The translations under genes were made by a program, and so were the position numbers. Of a stretch of 19,774 bases of DNA, positions 19,774 through 19,774 are shown in pieces. This stretch comes from Gammaproteobacteria bacterium (GTDB taxonomy: Bacteria > Pseudomonadota > Gammaproteobacteria > GCA-002705445 > GCA-002716945): contig JBJKYD010000017.1 of assembly GCA_045561295.1 (NCBI GenBank), forward strand, positions 1-19,774. Reading direction: 5' to 3'. Each line of letters begins with the position of its first letter. Within the stretch, counting starts at the first letter, position 1. The notes below the pieces were generated by a model that was given only the letters and a program-made list of their open reading frames with translations, searched no databases and was not told the DNA's origin.

Positions 19774-19774
19774 A

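Overview
Core housekeeping window from an AT-rich, streamlined bacterium; the gene order and protein features suggest a gammaproteobacterium (inference). Order on the + strand: three small orphan ORFs, tRNA-Tyr(GTA), tRNA-Gly(TCC), a ~210-nt structured spacer, tRNA-Thr(GGT), tuf, tRNA-Trp(CCA), secE, nusG, rplK, rplA, rplJ, rplL, rpoB, rpoC, rpsL, rpsG, fusA, rpsJ, rplC, rplD, rplW and a truncated rplB. At 19557/19558 rplB is joined to an inverted, higher-GC fragment of a xanthine/CO dehydrogenase-family molybdoprotein large subunit, most likely a chimeric or misassembled contig end. I found no clear novel multi-gene system. The best leads are: an unexplained structured RNA-like element between tRNA-Gly and tRNA-Thr whose loops read as anti-SD motifs (+) or CsrA-type GGA motifs (-); loss of the classic r-protein autoregulatory leaders and of the tuf copy after fusA, with a switch-like element between rpsJ and rplC; a nested module insertion in RpoB; CCA-less tRNA genes; altered termini on L3, L4 and S10; and a Mor-like HTH orphan.
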